A stretch of 63,384 nt of DNA, the filler included, from Phoronis australis (lineage: Eukaryota > Animalia > Phoronida): assembly GCA_002633005.1 (NCBI GenBank). It is 12 parts of 12 records of this genome, joined end to end, with 100 filler letters (N's around TTAATTAATTAA, not from the genome) between each part and the next. Parts side by side here need not be neighbours in the genome. Positions count along the whole stretch, not along the records: positions 5,081 to 13,466 come from NMRA01001900.1; positions 13,567 to 18,791 come from NMRA01002386.1; positions 18,892 to 26,669 come from NMRA01001981.1; 9 more parts are not named here. One strand, written 5' to 3'. The position numbers were made by a program, and so were the translations under genes. Every line of letters starts with the position of its first letter. Position 1 is the first letter of the stretch. The notes beneath the pieces are model-generated. The model did not search any database and had not been told where the DNA came from. It saw only the letters and a program-made list of their open reading frames with translations. This document shows, piece after piece, positions 10,956 through 24,617 of the stretch.

Positions 10956-13566
10956 GTATTGCTTCAGACTAGGCTCACGGCGTGTCAGTGTCAGTCGCTA
11001 AGGCAGCATGCCGGGTTGGCAGTGATTTTTTGAAATTAATCTCCACCCAAAGACTGAGAATGAGAAAACTACTTGGAGACATGATGACACTTTGACTTTC
11101 TGTAAGATCACCCAGTGTACAAATGCAGTGTGCACCTCGATTCCCAAATCAGTCTGGACCACTCTTGTACCGGGACAAAGTTATTGATACCGATAGCATT
11201 TGAAACTTTAAAGCATGTTTGAAACTACTTTACTTCGGTTAAGCCACGCCTATTCTCATCACCTCGCGAAGATGCGGTATTATCTTGTCAACTTGTACAT
11301 TAAGGCAATTTTAGTACAAAAAATTATATCTCACTACGTAAAACAGCAGTTAACCATTTAAAAGTTAAATTAAATTTGAAATTTTCTCCAAAACATAACA
11401 GCCTGCAACCGTCAACAACAGTGAATACTTGCCAATAATGACCAATGTCATTAGTTATTTTAGTGCACGTGTCTTCATAGGGTCAGCACTTATCACTTAC
11501 GTATGAACTGTAAAGATTAGGGCACTCGATATAACAGAATTGTTACGTGATATTTAAAAGCCTCCAAATATCTCAGTAAGACATTGGTGCTTACTTCGCG
11601 TATCCATTTGCTTCACTGTGTGTAGCGAAAACTGTTGAAACTGACATAACACTGCCATCGAGAAAAATATATCGCAGCAATACGTGCTAAGTAAAGTTGA
11701 CCTTGTGGTTGTTATCTTTCGGGATTGGCTTTAAAGTTGTGTTTATAGCCTCTTGAAGGTGCTATCAGAATATCTACTTTAAAATACGTTGTTTGATACG
11801 AGACTGAAACAACACCTACGCCAGTTCTTCGCCCAACAGCCTACATCCCGTTTAAAAACATCCTCCTGGGACCAATCTTAAGTATATGTATCTTCGTTAG
11901 TATGGGTTTGTTTATCATCCGCAGGATGGATGGGGCGGGAGAGGGGTGCCTCAATTTCAAAATTCAAAAATTCATCGCCATGCAGTGAAATATCAGGGCG
12001 GGAACACGAAAATGAAAGGACTACTCGACACGCGACGAAGCGTTGAAAACTCACACGCGAAACATTACCAAGACCATTCACTAAGCCTCGATCGTTACCC
12101 GAGACGAGTTCTAAAGCCAAATTGCCCACCCTGAGGCGATATACCTGACTGGGTACAACATGTAACAGATATGGACTCCCTGCCCATTCCTTCTACGTGG
12201 GTCAGAAACATTAGTATTGTACGAAATCCTCAAGAAAGAAAACAAGGGTAGTAGGCCCATGGCCCATGGCTGTTAAAATATCCTTATTGTTGACACGGTT
12301 ATAAAGTATAAACACCTGTCTGCCTGTGAGCTTACCTTTCGGTCGTCCTCACAGCGACTGGTTCATTCGATTTATGAGTTCGCCACGAAGACGTGTCCAT
12401 TCATACATAATTTGCCAGTTGAAGACAAATCGGCAAATGCCCTTGAGAATTGCTCCATCACGCTCTAACCTAGTTTCAACTCCTTTTGTGGCTAATTTTC
12501 AATATAGAAGTGGATAATTCATTTCACGTATGTTTGTATGTTGACGATCAGAAGGAGCCTTCAAAGCCAGTTCTATAGGCTCTCTAAACACGTCTCTGTA
12601 CGATTGACAAAGAATCGATTCATCAGCTCACCTTTTTATAACACTTGTTCTTGTAAATACTGCAACCGATATGCAGTCAATAACAAACCGATCAAAAGCC
12701 AAGTGGATGGCGTCTTTGTTTAGGTCAATTACCACGCGGTTGGAGAAAATATGTCGGAATCAACGATGCGTAAGCGTTTCATCCTGAACGAAAATAGTCG
12801 TGGTGAGAGTCTCCGTAGAATCTCCACCGCAAGACGATTTATAACGGTGTTGTACCGGACTATGAAATGACCCAGTGACCACTGGTAGCCAGTTGTCCAG
12901 TTTTGTACCTATACTAAACACTACTATCGGGCACGAGAACAACGGGAGATTTGATAACTCAGATATCAACGGTGGAGCATAATGAAAAGGCATTATGCAA
13001 GGCTAAAATCCCACTGAGTGACAACTGCGTTGCAAGAGCGACGAGAATATTTACCTTGGGGTATTTTCAATGTAGGGATACTAATCCCTTTGTTAAATTT
13101 CAGTTAACTGAACTACATGTAATTACATTTTCATTTCCACGAATTGTTTGGTCCACGTGAAATTCTTAACTGAAATAATTCGCCCAAATGACAGCCAGGA
13201 GCGACTGGTCAAAAGGGAGGCACATGTAGTTTAATTAACACGTTTAAACGAAACAATTAGGCTTGATAAACTCTTACTGTGTCTTATTTATTTCCGGTCT
13301 CTTAAGTAATCACTGCTACATAAAGACCCTGAGTTTGCAAGTAGATGAAAGAATTTTCCCAAGAGGTAGGGTGTAAAACCATCACTAAATTAACCCAAAG
13401 TGCATACAGGAATATCATTACTTTTCAGGCTATTGAATACCTGCGACAAAAGAAGTTAGATTCGGTNNNNNNNNNNNNNNNNNNNNNNNNNNNNNNNNNN
13501 NNNNNNNNNNTTAATTAATTAANNNNNNNNNNNNNNNNNNNNNNNNNNNNNNNNNNNNNNNNNNNN

Positions 13567-14027
13567 CCTCTTTCTACCAAACCACTCGAAAGTATGATTA
13601 TGAAAATTGACGGTTGTGTTCCTGATGCGAGGACCCTGGCTGATGTTTATTTTCTGATGTTTTTGACTATTCTGGCAATTTTGCTGTTTTGCATTTACGG
13701 CTTTCTCTTTGAAGGATCTTTGCGTAATTTAACAGGATGGTAAGAGATGACAATGAGTTTCAGATCAGTCAGACTATAGCTGTGCCCCATAGTGTCGATT
13801 GTTTTTTATGACAGTTTGCCTTTATGTCTTAGGAGTTTCTTGGCTTATTTTCATGAAATGTGGCATATAGTTGTGTATTACAGAGACTATGCCACCTTCT
13901 CGATTCGGACAAGTTTGATGCATTCTGCACCTTCTAATGGCCATTTTTATGATACTAAAAACACCCATAGAAGCACACTGAGGTGCTATCGTGGGCACAT
14001 TTGAACACTCCTCATTGCTCTTGTTCT
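13567..14027 (+). repeat. Interspersed repeat with ~145-bp internal subunits (Helitron/Helentron-associated-like), family X copy 1
   Basis: GAAAATTGACGGTTGTGTTCCTGAT block shared with 19690-20255 (minus); 3' end ATGGCCATTTTTATGATAC..AGCACAC..CTTGTT shared with 19690-19800 and 47090-47184. Confidence 0.7.
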
Positions 14028-14181
14028 ATGATGTAGGAAGTTGGAACTCCAATATTGTCAAAAGTTGTTTGGCTGTTTATGACCTAAGCTTTACCATCTG
14101 TTGTCAGTATTGTGTTTGAATCATCTTCTTCTGAATGTTTTCTATTATTTCTCAAGAAGACATTCTCGTGATTTTTTGTAG

Positions 14182-14714
14182 CTGGTGATGGAGCCTCATG
14201 TGAAACATGCCCCAAATCTCTGGTGTCGGTCCATTCAGGTGATTATTAAGAGTTTGCTTCACCCTTTGAATATTACATCATTTATGGCCAGGTGAAATAA
14301 GAAGGCCTGAAATGATCAAGTCACTTGGCACAGGCTTTATGAACTCAGTTGATGCAGAGATCTGTTTTAATCTAACTAATTTGAAGGAGTGAAAATATTT
14401 AATTGCTTATTATATTTATTGTTTTTCATTTTTGAACTGTTCCTAACATTGTTGTGAACGCTCACAATTTCTCAAAATAATGCCCGATTGCTAGCTATAC
14501 GTAGGGTATAGAACTTAAAATTGATATATTGCATTTATTTGATACTTCTTATTTTTTTATGTAAAAATTTTTAAAAATCATCTTTCCGCCACATTTTCTT
14601 CTTAATTGGTGAGATTTTACCGTTACTACAGCGGGAAATTTTTATCGTCTGCACAGATTTTGCTGTTATTTTGTTTTTCTTTTATTGTAGGGCTGATCAG
14701 ACGTAAATCATCAG
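14182..14714 (+). CDS. Two candidate small exons (14182-14238 and micro-exon 14691-14714) of an unidentified gene
   Basis: Both have T-rich TAG acceptors and CAG|GT donors, lengths 57 and 24 nt, and are joinable in phase 1 (AGDGASCETCPKSLVSVHS-GLIRRKSS). No family recognised. Confidence 0.3.
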
Positions 14715-17700
14715 GTAAGGGTCTTTGGCTGTGACTGCTGGTTTTTTGTTTGCAATCATTCATGTTAGGTCGAGGAGCAAACAATTTACAAATGCCCACC
14801 ATGGCATGTACATGGGCACGCTCAGCCAATGAAGTGTTAAGCTTAGAATGTGCTCTAACCACGAGTGTCCGTCTGTCCGGTGTCTGCTGCTATGTGTCCT
14901 GAATCCCGCACATGATCTTAATGAGTGTCAGCAGATGTGTTCCTATGAAGCTGGCGACAGATGACGATGTGAGGATGGCAACAGGGCCTTTCAATTTGCG
15001 GACAGCTTCATTGTATTTTGGACCAAAGGGTGTTCTTTTTTTCTAACTAATAAGCATCCCTAGAAAAATACCGATTGTGCTCCTGTCATGAGTGCATTTC
15101 AATGCTTTGCATTGCTGTTGTGTTTTTTTTAATTTTCTGTTCTCTTACCAAAAAGCTAAACAGCTTTAAATTTTCACCAAATCGGAATTGATGGACAGAG
15201 GTGATTATTATATTTCATCGAAATTTTGAACACATTCACAGTTTAATTCCTGCAACATGTTACCGTCAGTATAGAGCCCGTGTAGTAATTGGTGCTTAAG
15301 TTTCATGGAGTAAGTAAATTTTAAATCTAATCAGATGATAAATGACAATGAAAATGATGGCTGTTTGTTAAGAGCAAGTGAAACAGAATTCGGTTTTGTT
15401 GCATGCACAGTCTTTTCAGTGGCTTACAGTGTGATAACATACTCATTCTCAGCTACATATTAGCATGTGAAACTGTATACACCAAAAACCTGCTTCTGCC
15501 GTTGCACTTAATCAGTCAGGACCCCTTAATTCAGCTAGTTTTACGGAGAATTGCATTCAGTCGTCAGCAATATTCTGGGTCATTTTGGCATGTAGACATT
15601 AATGTTTTGATGTTCACAGAATAATTTACCGTTAAGGAAACTGATTAAGCAATGCATCACTTGAATTATATTGAAGGTCTTCAGTTGTGTGGCAAACCGG
15701 ACTACAAGAGGTCATCGTCCAGAAATAGTGACCCAGAGACCACCCCATTCTTGGAGACTGGCGTCAGTGAAGATGATGGTGAAGATTCTTGATTGAATTA
15801 ATTTGTAAATTAAGCAGTACTGTTGTTAATTTAAAATTATGCCAAGATTTGTTACTAGTATCAATGGTATTATATAGTTAGCTATAAATCGATGCTGTGA
15901 CCTTCTACTCATGACAAGGGGTGCTTTCAAATAATTTTCCCTATAAATATTCCTAACCTGTTTTTCCATGTGGGTATGTTTTGCAGCCTATTTGTATAGT
16001 ACCGTTTTGGCAATTATGTAACTGTAATACTCTTAGTTGGACACTTAAGCAGCCACTTACAGGGGTCCTGCAGTTTGAGAACCAGGTTCATCCCCGTTGT
16101 TTAGTAGAAGCTGCATGGTTCTCAAAATCTGGGAGCTCTGTAGGTGACTATTACCCTGAAGTTGTGTTATTGTAAGAGCAAATCTCGTAAGCGCATGTTT
16201 TGTTCCATGCTTTCCTGTGAATAGTGTATATTGTCATGTGTGTCCATGTGTCTGCATCCCGTCATCCCTCCGTATGTGGACATTTTCCTGCTATTTGCTC
16301 TATTATCAATTTGTAAGAGATAATTTGTGAAATTCGTAAGTCTAGAATTGGTTGTGAAGATAGTTCACAACATGATATACTTGAGGGCGCATATCATGAT
16401 CAAGACATCATTACTTTCTTTCAGTTTTTGTTCTACAGCCTTCACCCGTGCTTCAGGTTTCTCCTCGTCGACCACTTGGAAAAGTAAAAGGTACAACATT
16501 ACTACTTTATGGTACATTCAAGTGTGCATTTCTGTATAATTACCACTTTCTAAACTTGTTGTGCTGGTAAACTTCAATGCATTTTACTGTCCAAGATTCA
16601 GAGCCCCTTGAACTGTTGTTAGTCTGTGCTCAGATTATCTGAATGGAGTAAGTGGTTTTTGCTGACATCAATGGGTCCCATGTCGTGAACACATCCACTA
16701 AAACAAGAAACTGCAGGAACACCCTATTTATCCACCTTCACTCTTATCAGGCTTCTATTGTGAGTCAGCATGCGTGAATAATTGGCTCTGTGACGTATTT
16801 GTAGCCTATGACAGCCTTTCTACAAAATTGTGGTGCATTGCTATCAACTTCCGTTGTTAAATTACGATAATTTTTCAAAAAATTGTGCTCATCACAGGGC
16901 GAAAACTTGCCGACTGATGCGTCGCTGAATCGCGATCGTCAATTGAGGAAAACTTGTACTCTTGAATAAAAATATAGTTTCGACTCAACAAATTACCTGA
17001 AATCTTCCTGATGTTTTACAATTTTTAAAGTTCATGTGGAGTCCAGATTAATTGCGATTAAGTCCAAATGTACTGCGCTACATCGTACTCCACAACACGA
17101 GAAAAATCTCTGGATGAACACACATGTTGTTGTCACGTGACGTTTGTTTTGAAGGTCGTCTGCGTATGAGAGTGAGTGAGCGTGCGTGTGCGGGTCATCG
17201 ACGATAGACTTTTTTGTTACAAAAGGCGGAGGATTATGCAAGAAAATGGCGTTTACTAGATTGTTTTTCACTTAAACGGCTGTAACGTGCAAGGTGAGTG
17301 CTGGTTAACTCACAGATTTTGTGTGCACAGGCCGACTGTCGTTAGCTCTGCCGTGGAGTATTAATAGTCCAAGGCTCGATCTACATGTTGGGGACGAAAT
17401 GAACTACCCGGGCTGTGTGAAATTTCTGGGTCTAACGGAGACACTGACGCAGTGGTCAGTCAGATCGCTGTATCAAGACTATAGTCAAAATCCAAATTCG
17501 TTTTATCGTGTCCCTGTCAATAATAACGGCATGTTAAAGCCTTCTTAATTTTCGTACTTCAGGAACATAACAATCACGTGTTTTGTACACATACGCGCAC
17601 GCCGCAGATCACATCTCGGAAATTGCCGATTTGACGGATGACAATGAATGAACACAATGAAATTAACAACGTCGTTTTACAGCTTGTAAGATTCATAATA

Positions 17701-19293
17701 AACGTATTTTGAATATTGCAATGCATGTGTTCCAAAATCTAAATAACTTGGGTCCTATATTTTTGTATTAGTGCGCGCCGAATGAAAGTAATCGTGAGTG
17801 TTGCTGTGTTGCAAAATCTCTTATCCTGGGCCGATTTGAAAAATTCAAAGTTGTACTCATATTTGTTTTCGCTCCTCTTTTCAAATATTACAGTAAAAAC
17901 TACGTAAAACTCTCTCCATAAAAAGTACAGTCTGCTAGCTAGATTGTAATCAGCTGATCATATCCGCATGAGCGAAGCCAATTATCCTCGCTCGTGACTC
18001 GATGACTAGAGCAGCTTGGCGGCATCCCTTTGATCGTGAGCCGAGCGCGACTCAGCCAAGGTGGATAAATACGGTCTAGTTCAATTTTCCATACCCCACC
18101 GTTTACCTTTAACACTGGGGTTAGAACCAATTTTATTTAGTGGGAATGTTCATAGCATGCCCAACAACTTTTCAAACACATATCGTCCTAAAAAATGTCA
18201 CAAGTGTGAGGTATGGTTTTGTACGTATGTATACATGTGTTGGTGCATTTTGTCATCCTGTCCGCCGGTTGGTTGGTTGTCGAGTCAAAATCCTCTGAAA
18301 TTTTGCATAATCGATTTGACAGCCGTCAGTAGCATCCCTCTGTGCCATTTTAAATTTCACCATGGCATTTGTCGTTTTATTTCTCTATCTTCAGTCGTGA
18401 AGTTAGCTCCTATCTATCTGCTTATTAGTGTTATTTCAAGAGCTGTCAACTAGAGCATTGAACATTTGGGCTTTAATTCATTAATCACTCTGTAAGATCT
18501 GTAAACATTCAATCATAAACTCATAACATCTCACCTAAAACTGGCTTTTAGCACCTAATATAGCTGTTCTTGGATGACGTCCAGTTGACCCAGTTTTCTT
18601 GACCAAGGTCATCCATACAAGGTTGGCTGGTCGTGTATACACTTGCAGATAATTTTTGCTTTAAGATGAAAAAATTAACTTTTTTCTAACAAAAAAGAGG
18701 CTTCTAATTCATGGGTTAAGACAAAATGGGCTTCACATTTTTGGTTTTTGGCCAAATTATCTGTAGAAAATTGAGAACGATTGCCAATAACNNNNNNNNN
18801 NNNNNNNNNNNNNNNNNNNNNNNNNNNNNNNNNNNTTAATTAATTAANNNNNNNNNNNNNNNNNNNNNNNNNNNNNNNNNNNNNNNNNNNNCACTTTACC
18901 AAATACTTTGAGGACCACACGTGCCATGCTAACAACTAAGTAAAACTTACAGAGAGGTAATTTTGGTTGAGAAATTTCACAACACAAAATTCCACTCGTT
19001 TGCCAAATTGTGTCTAAAACTAATTAATATTTACAATGAAGTGCTTATCATACAGGTGAAAATGTGTTTATGAGATACTGACCATACCTGCCTTTACAGG
19101 CTATGCAACTTTGAAACTGTGTTTATGAGATACTGACCATACCTGCCTTCTATGCAACTTTTAAACTGATTGGCGTGAACTGTGAGAAAAACTGTAAAAG
19201 TTTCTCTACGTCTGCTGCCGCAAGGTGAGAGGCGAAACACTATAATTGACTGAATATTCCTTCATACCGCACATTAAATAGTTAACACCTCAC

Positions 19294-19566
19294 CTTGTCC
19301 CAAATTCCAGTGACATTTTGTAACACTATTTCACACTCTTCCAATGGTATGCGTTTTTCCTCATCAAATCCCTCATTCTCAACTAGAAGAGGCTCTTCAG
19401 CTTTCTTGTCAACACCCTCTCCAGACGCAGCGTTTTCTTTAACATATTTTTTTGATTTAGCTCCTTTCTTGGATATTTTCCCGCCATTTTCTTGTTTTTC
19501 ATACCCATCCGTCTGTTCACCTGCTTCCAACGCCTCCTGCCCCAACTCTTCCAGCAGAAGAAATTT
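19294..19566 (-). CDS. ABCC4/MRP4-like ABC transporter exon: TMD1-NBD1 linker (KFLLLEEL...IVLQNVTGIWDK)
   Basis: CAG acceptor, GTGAG donor, 273 nt, phase 0-0; KFLLLEE and V.LQNVTG.WDK match the ABCC linker and start of NBD1. Confidence 0.85.
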
Positions 19567-19689
19567 CTGCAAGCAGAAGACGTCTACATTGGAAGAACAG
19601 TGAAGTTATACTGTTGATATTCCTAAATATTCAATATGTTGAGTCAAATTAGAGAAAAATCTAATAATGTAATGAATGAAATCAAAGTA

Positions 19690-20255
19690 ATGGGAACAAG
19701 AACAACGCGGAGCGCTGACATGTGCTCACAACAGCACCGCAAATGGTGTGCTTTTATAGGTGTTGTCAGTATCACAAAAATATGGCCATTAGATGGCGAG
19801 AATGTGTCAAACCTGTCCGAATTGAGAAGGTGGCCCCGTCTGTGTAATACACAACTGTTTGCAAAATTTCATGAAAATAAGCCAAGGAACTTCTAAGATC
19901 TAGAGGCAAACATAAAAAGTTGACACTAGGGGGCACAGCTATAGTCCAATTGGTCTGAAACTACTCGTCATCTGTCGCCATCTCAATAAAAGCCCATCTG
20001 CCAAATTTCGCAAAAAACCTTCAAAGGATTAAGCAGATACTGCGATAAAGGTAAAAATCAAAATTGCCCCTAAGTGGCACCAGAATAGTTGAAAACATCC
20101 GAAAATCAATGATAGTCAAGGTCTTTGTATCAGGAACACAACCGTCAATTTTCGCAATAATCCTCTGAGTGGTTTGGCAGATAGAGAGACAAAAAAAAAT
20201 TAAAACAAAAACCTTTAAATGATCACCAGGTGGCACAGAAAGCATCAAATCTGTC
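19690..20255 (-). repeat. Family X repeat, copy 2 (intronic), with four CTCF-like motifs
   Basis: Reverse-complement similarity to 13567-14027; motifs at 19786, 19923, 20067 and 20223. Confidence 0.7.
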
Positions 20256-20256
20256 N

Positions 20257-22058
20257 TCCTTTTCTCTCTTGTTTTCTTGCTTGTGCTGGAGATTTATGGT
20301 TGCAGGAAAGCTTGAAGGTCAGATCAACATACCGGACTGTAAACAATGTGATAATAGTTTAGGAAAAGGTGCTTTTCGTGAATATTCATTCACAAGCTAA
20401 AAAACGTCAGCAAATAACGCGCCACTTGTATGGTAAAGTTAACTTTGATCTTTGAGTTACACTCTCCCATGAACTGAGATAAAACAGTAACTCAACTCAG
20501 GCCTGCATCACTAACCATCACAGCTTGGTGTAACAGCTGCTAAATCATGACTTGTCCTAGTTACACAGTAACAAAACCTCACAAAGCCAACAAAGCAACA
20601 GTCCAAGAAGGAATGACCTTGAGCTCGCAGATCCGAGCCATATATGCCACGTGACGTGCTCGATGGTCGTCCCATTTCCAGGCTGTCTTCCCTTAACAAT
20701 CTCCTCTCAGAAGCTAATTTTGCGTATATGCAAGGGAATATTCCAATTTTGATCGAGAAACCATCATTGCTGCCAGAACATATGCATAATTACTGAGAAC
20801 AAGCTATTTACATCAAGATAAAAACGTGCACATATTGTACAGCCTTTTAAGGCCAAAATGACTTCAGACCTAAATTTAGAGTGACAAATAGGGTGTGGTT
20901 CATGAAAAGCAACAGCTGCCAAAGCTCGAATTTTTCAAACTCAGATTATATTTCAAAAAACATCAACCAAATGTTGTTTTACAACACCTTTATAGTCTAA
21001 GCAAACAATAAGTGAAAACCAAAATTTTTCTAATTTGATAATTTTTACAAAATAAGTTTTTAAGTGGATAATTACTGTAGCCCTGTAATTGTGGATCAAC
21101 AAAAAGTGTACATGATGTTCCCTTTGCATGGTAACCATCAATCACTGCGGTCTTCAAATGTCACTAATGATAGCACCATANTTTTCTCTCTTGTTTTCTT
21201 GCTTGTGCTGGAGATTTATGGTTGCAGGAAAGCTTGAAGGTCAGATCAACATACGGACTGTAAACAATGTGATAATAGTTTAGGAAAAGGTGCTTTTCGT
21301 GAATATTCATTCACAAGTTAAAAAACGTCAGCAAATAACGCGTCACTTGTATGGTAAAGTTAACTTTGATCTTTGAGTTACACACTCCCATGAACTGAGA
21401 TAAAACAGTAACTCAACTCAGGCCTGCATCACTAACCATCACAGGCTTAGTGTAACAGCTGCTAAATCATGACTGACACTTGTCCTAGTTACACAGTAAC
21501 AAAACCTCACAAAGCCAACAAAGCAACAGTCCAAGAAGGAACGACCTTGAGCTCGCAGATCAGAGCCATGCCCTATTTCCAGGCTGTCTTCCCTTAACAA
21601 TCTCCTCTCAGCAGCTAATTTTGCATATAGGCAAGGGAATATTCCAATTTTGATTGAGAAACCATCAGTGCTGCAAGAACATTTGCATAATTACTGAGAA
21701 CGTGCACATATTGTACAGCCTTTTAAGGCCAAAATGACTTCAGACCTAAATTTAGAGTGATAAATAGGGTGTGGTTCATGAAAAGCAACAGCTGCCAAAA
21801 CTCGAATTTTTCAAACTCAGATTACATTTCAAAAAACATCAACCTAATGTTGTTTTACAACACCTTTATAGTCTAAGCAAACAATAAGTGAAAACCAAAA
21901 TTTTTCTAATTTGATCATTTTTACAAAATAAGTTTTTAAGTGCATAATTACTGGAGCCCAGTAATTGTGGATCAACAAAAAGTGTGCATGATGTTCCCTT
22001 TGCATGGTAACCATCAATCAGTGCGGCCTTCAAATGTCACTAATGATAGCACCATATA
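20257..22058 (+). repeat. ~900-bp direct duplication split by a single N (20257-21180 vs 21182-22058); probably two haplotypes assembled in tandem
   Basis: The copies align end to end with scattered SNPs and small indels; each is preceded by a lone N (20256, 21181). Confidence 0.85.
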
Positions 22059-22068
22059 ATGAAGGTAC

Positions 22069-22315
22069 CTGCACCCTGTGTTCAGAAACAATGGCTGCAC
22101 TGATGGTATATGCTCCGCTGTAGAAATAATAGACAACAAAGGCTACCAGCCAGAAGAAAGTAGCAGCTGAAAAGATGAGTGATGATCGCACAGCTACGCC
22201 AGATGCCATCAAGAAGGCCACAAAAACCAAATGGATGAGCTTGACTTGAGTGATGGTGGCAGCCACACATGGACCTTGGTACTGCTTAACACGATGGATA
22301 GTGTTCACTTCCTGC
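22069..22315 (-). CDS. ABCC4/MRP4-like exon: last TMD1 helices (QEVNTIHRVK...ISAAIVSEHRVQ)
   Basis: TAG acceptor and CAG|GTACC donor, 247 nt, phase 2-0; two hydrophobic helices; splices in frame to 19566 to give the ABCC signature VS..RVQ|KFLLLEE. Confidence 0.8.
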
Positions 22316-23029
22316 CTAGAGGTCAAAGTTCAAACAAGGTGACATACCAAGTAGCTAATCTGTAGCTTATCCACTACCTATCTCCATTAGCAAGAATACC
22401 AGATATCTGTTGGACATAAGCTTCAAATCATCGATAAAAACAATGAATCCCCGTCATGAACCACTGAACTGGTCCACTGAAAGGTAACATCATGCCTGTC
22501 TACAACAAAACACAACTACACACACTGCAAACTCATCTACACCACGACAACTGAAACATAAGTAATTATCATCCATTGAATGCTTCGTATGGATTATTGG
22601 TGACCTTGTGGGTGAGTCTGCTGTTTGTATTTGGGACTATGTGATTTTTTATAATGTTTATTACAAAATCTTCGATACAATGAATATACATAACCCAGAA
22701 AGCGCCAAGAGGCATTATATCTGGGTTAAAAAAGTACAAAGTAATCTATGTACAATTATTTTGCACTTTGTGATATGTATGCACGACTTTTGTTTGTACA
22801 CAATGATTTAATTTTATCAGTTTTTGGCCATAACAGAATAATAGAAAACAGACAACAGCCACACAAATAAAAAAACCTCATATTAATTCGCAATGTTTCA
22901 TCTCTTCATTATAGACATCATCAGGACACAAACAAACAGACATCAAGCATCGACATATGAGTCAGGTTACATCCATCAAGTGATGTCTTGTGCAGCGATT
23001 GTCTGTTTTTTGATAAAATAATTTGATAC

Positions 23030-23575
23030 ATACGCATAATTCTATGATTTGTGCGGATGACTGAATGAATCTTACCATGATTCAATGAATCATGTGATGA
23101 TTCAACGAAGCGTGCTATGATTCAATGAATCATGTCATGATTTAATGAATCATGCAATGCTTCAATGAACTGTGCCAATGGTTCTTGCACATGATGATCT
23201 GAAGGTTTGTGCACATAATTCAATGAATCTTGATAGCATTCAGTGATATTGGCATATGACTGAATATATCATACACATAATACAATGCATCGAACAGATA
23301 ATTCAGTGACTCATATAGGTAATTCGAAGGATTGCACAAACAATTCAGTGAATCGTATGGGTAACTCAAAGGAACATAGTGTCTAGTCAATGGATTGTAT
23401 GCGTAACTCAAAGAATTGTACTGCTAATTCAATGAATTGTACTGCTAATTCAATGAATTGTACTGCTAATTCAATGAATTGTACTGCTAATTCAATGAAT
23501 TGTATGGGCAATTCAGTCAATTGTACAATAATTCAATGGTTTGTACGAATAATTCAATGGATGGTATGTACTTAA
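23030..23575 (+). repeat. 21-bp-period minisatellite (core TTCAATGAAT) with graded divergence
   Basis: About 4 perfect units AATTCAATGAATTGTACTGCT near 23415-23505, flanked by many degenerate 21-bp units. Confidence 0.85.
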
Positions 23576-24617
23576 GCCTATGATTGTCTGGTACTCTAGT
23601 CATACCGATGCATAAATCAGAAAGAGTGGTAGAAAGGTATAACCAGACAGTAGAAGCCACACTACCTCAAGCAAAGCATTACACATTAAGCCTGACCCAT
23701 GCGACCTCAAGGTCAGAGAGCAAATGTTTGTGCTTGTGTCTTATTGTGGTGATTTTTGAAAGTCAAGCTCTACGACTGCAAGACCTTTTGGAAGACTGTG
23801 ACAGAGGTCCAGGATATGAGCTTTTTCTGATTTAAGAGTTAAGAAGTTGGTATCCCATCCAGTGCTATTTACATCACAATAATGACTAAGGCTGTGACTA
23901 TCAGCCACCATTGTTATAAACACCCATTGTTATAAGCTGGCATTGTTATTAGCCAGCATTGTTATTCTAAACTTTGTTACTTGGCGGAATTCTTCCGCCA
24001 AGTATGTTGGTCTGACAGCAAGTTTTTTTTTTTGTTTTTTTTGTTCGCACTCTACAGGTCGCAATTTTCGTCCGATTTTCCCGAAATTTGCACACGATGT
24101 GTAGGTCGGAAAGTCCTAGAAGCCTATTGTTTTTGGTCATGATCAGATACAAAATGGCGGACGTGGCGGCCATTTTGTATCCGATTTCAGTCAAATGCTC
24201 GTACAGGCCGCGTTTTTCGACGTACATGGCTGAAAATTGGTACGATTATACTACGACGCATGTGCTACAAGTGTGCTGAAAATCGTTGACTTCCGGTCAA
24301 AGATGGCGGAAATATTGAAAGTGGTGCATGCGCACCCTGAAATATGGCCAAAAACGTTTTCTCCTATACAGGGCGCATTTGCCAACCAATCACTTTCAAA
24401 ATGGTCACGTGTTTGTTGAGTTTAATAAGCTTTTGTAAAATTTTGTTTAACCGGAAGTCACTTTCAAGATGGCGGCTGTGGCGCATGTTCACACGTTTTC
24501 AATCGTTCTGGGGTCGCATTTTTAACGGGAAGAGCAAATGATGTGAATTTTTGCATGTGGATTCCTTGAAGTATGCTCTTTCAAAAAGTCTGCGAGAGCG
24601 CATTTCTCAGACTTAAC

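Noticed and set aside
11925-12910. Candidate exons on both strands (SGNH- or TIR-like hints)
   Set aside because: No consistent phase-compatible exon chain or diagnostic motif.
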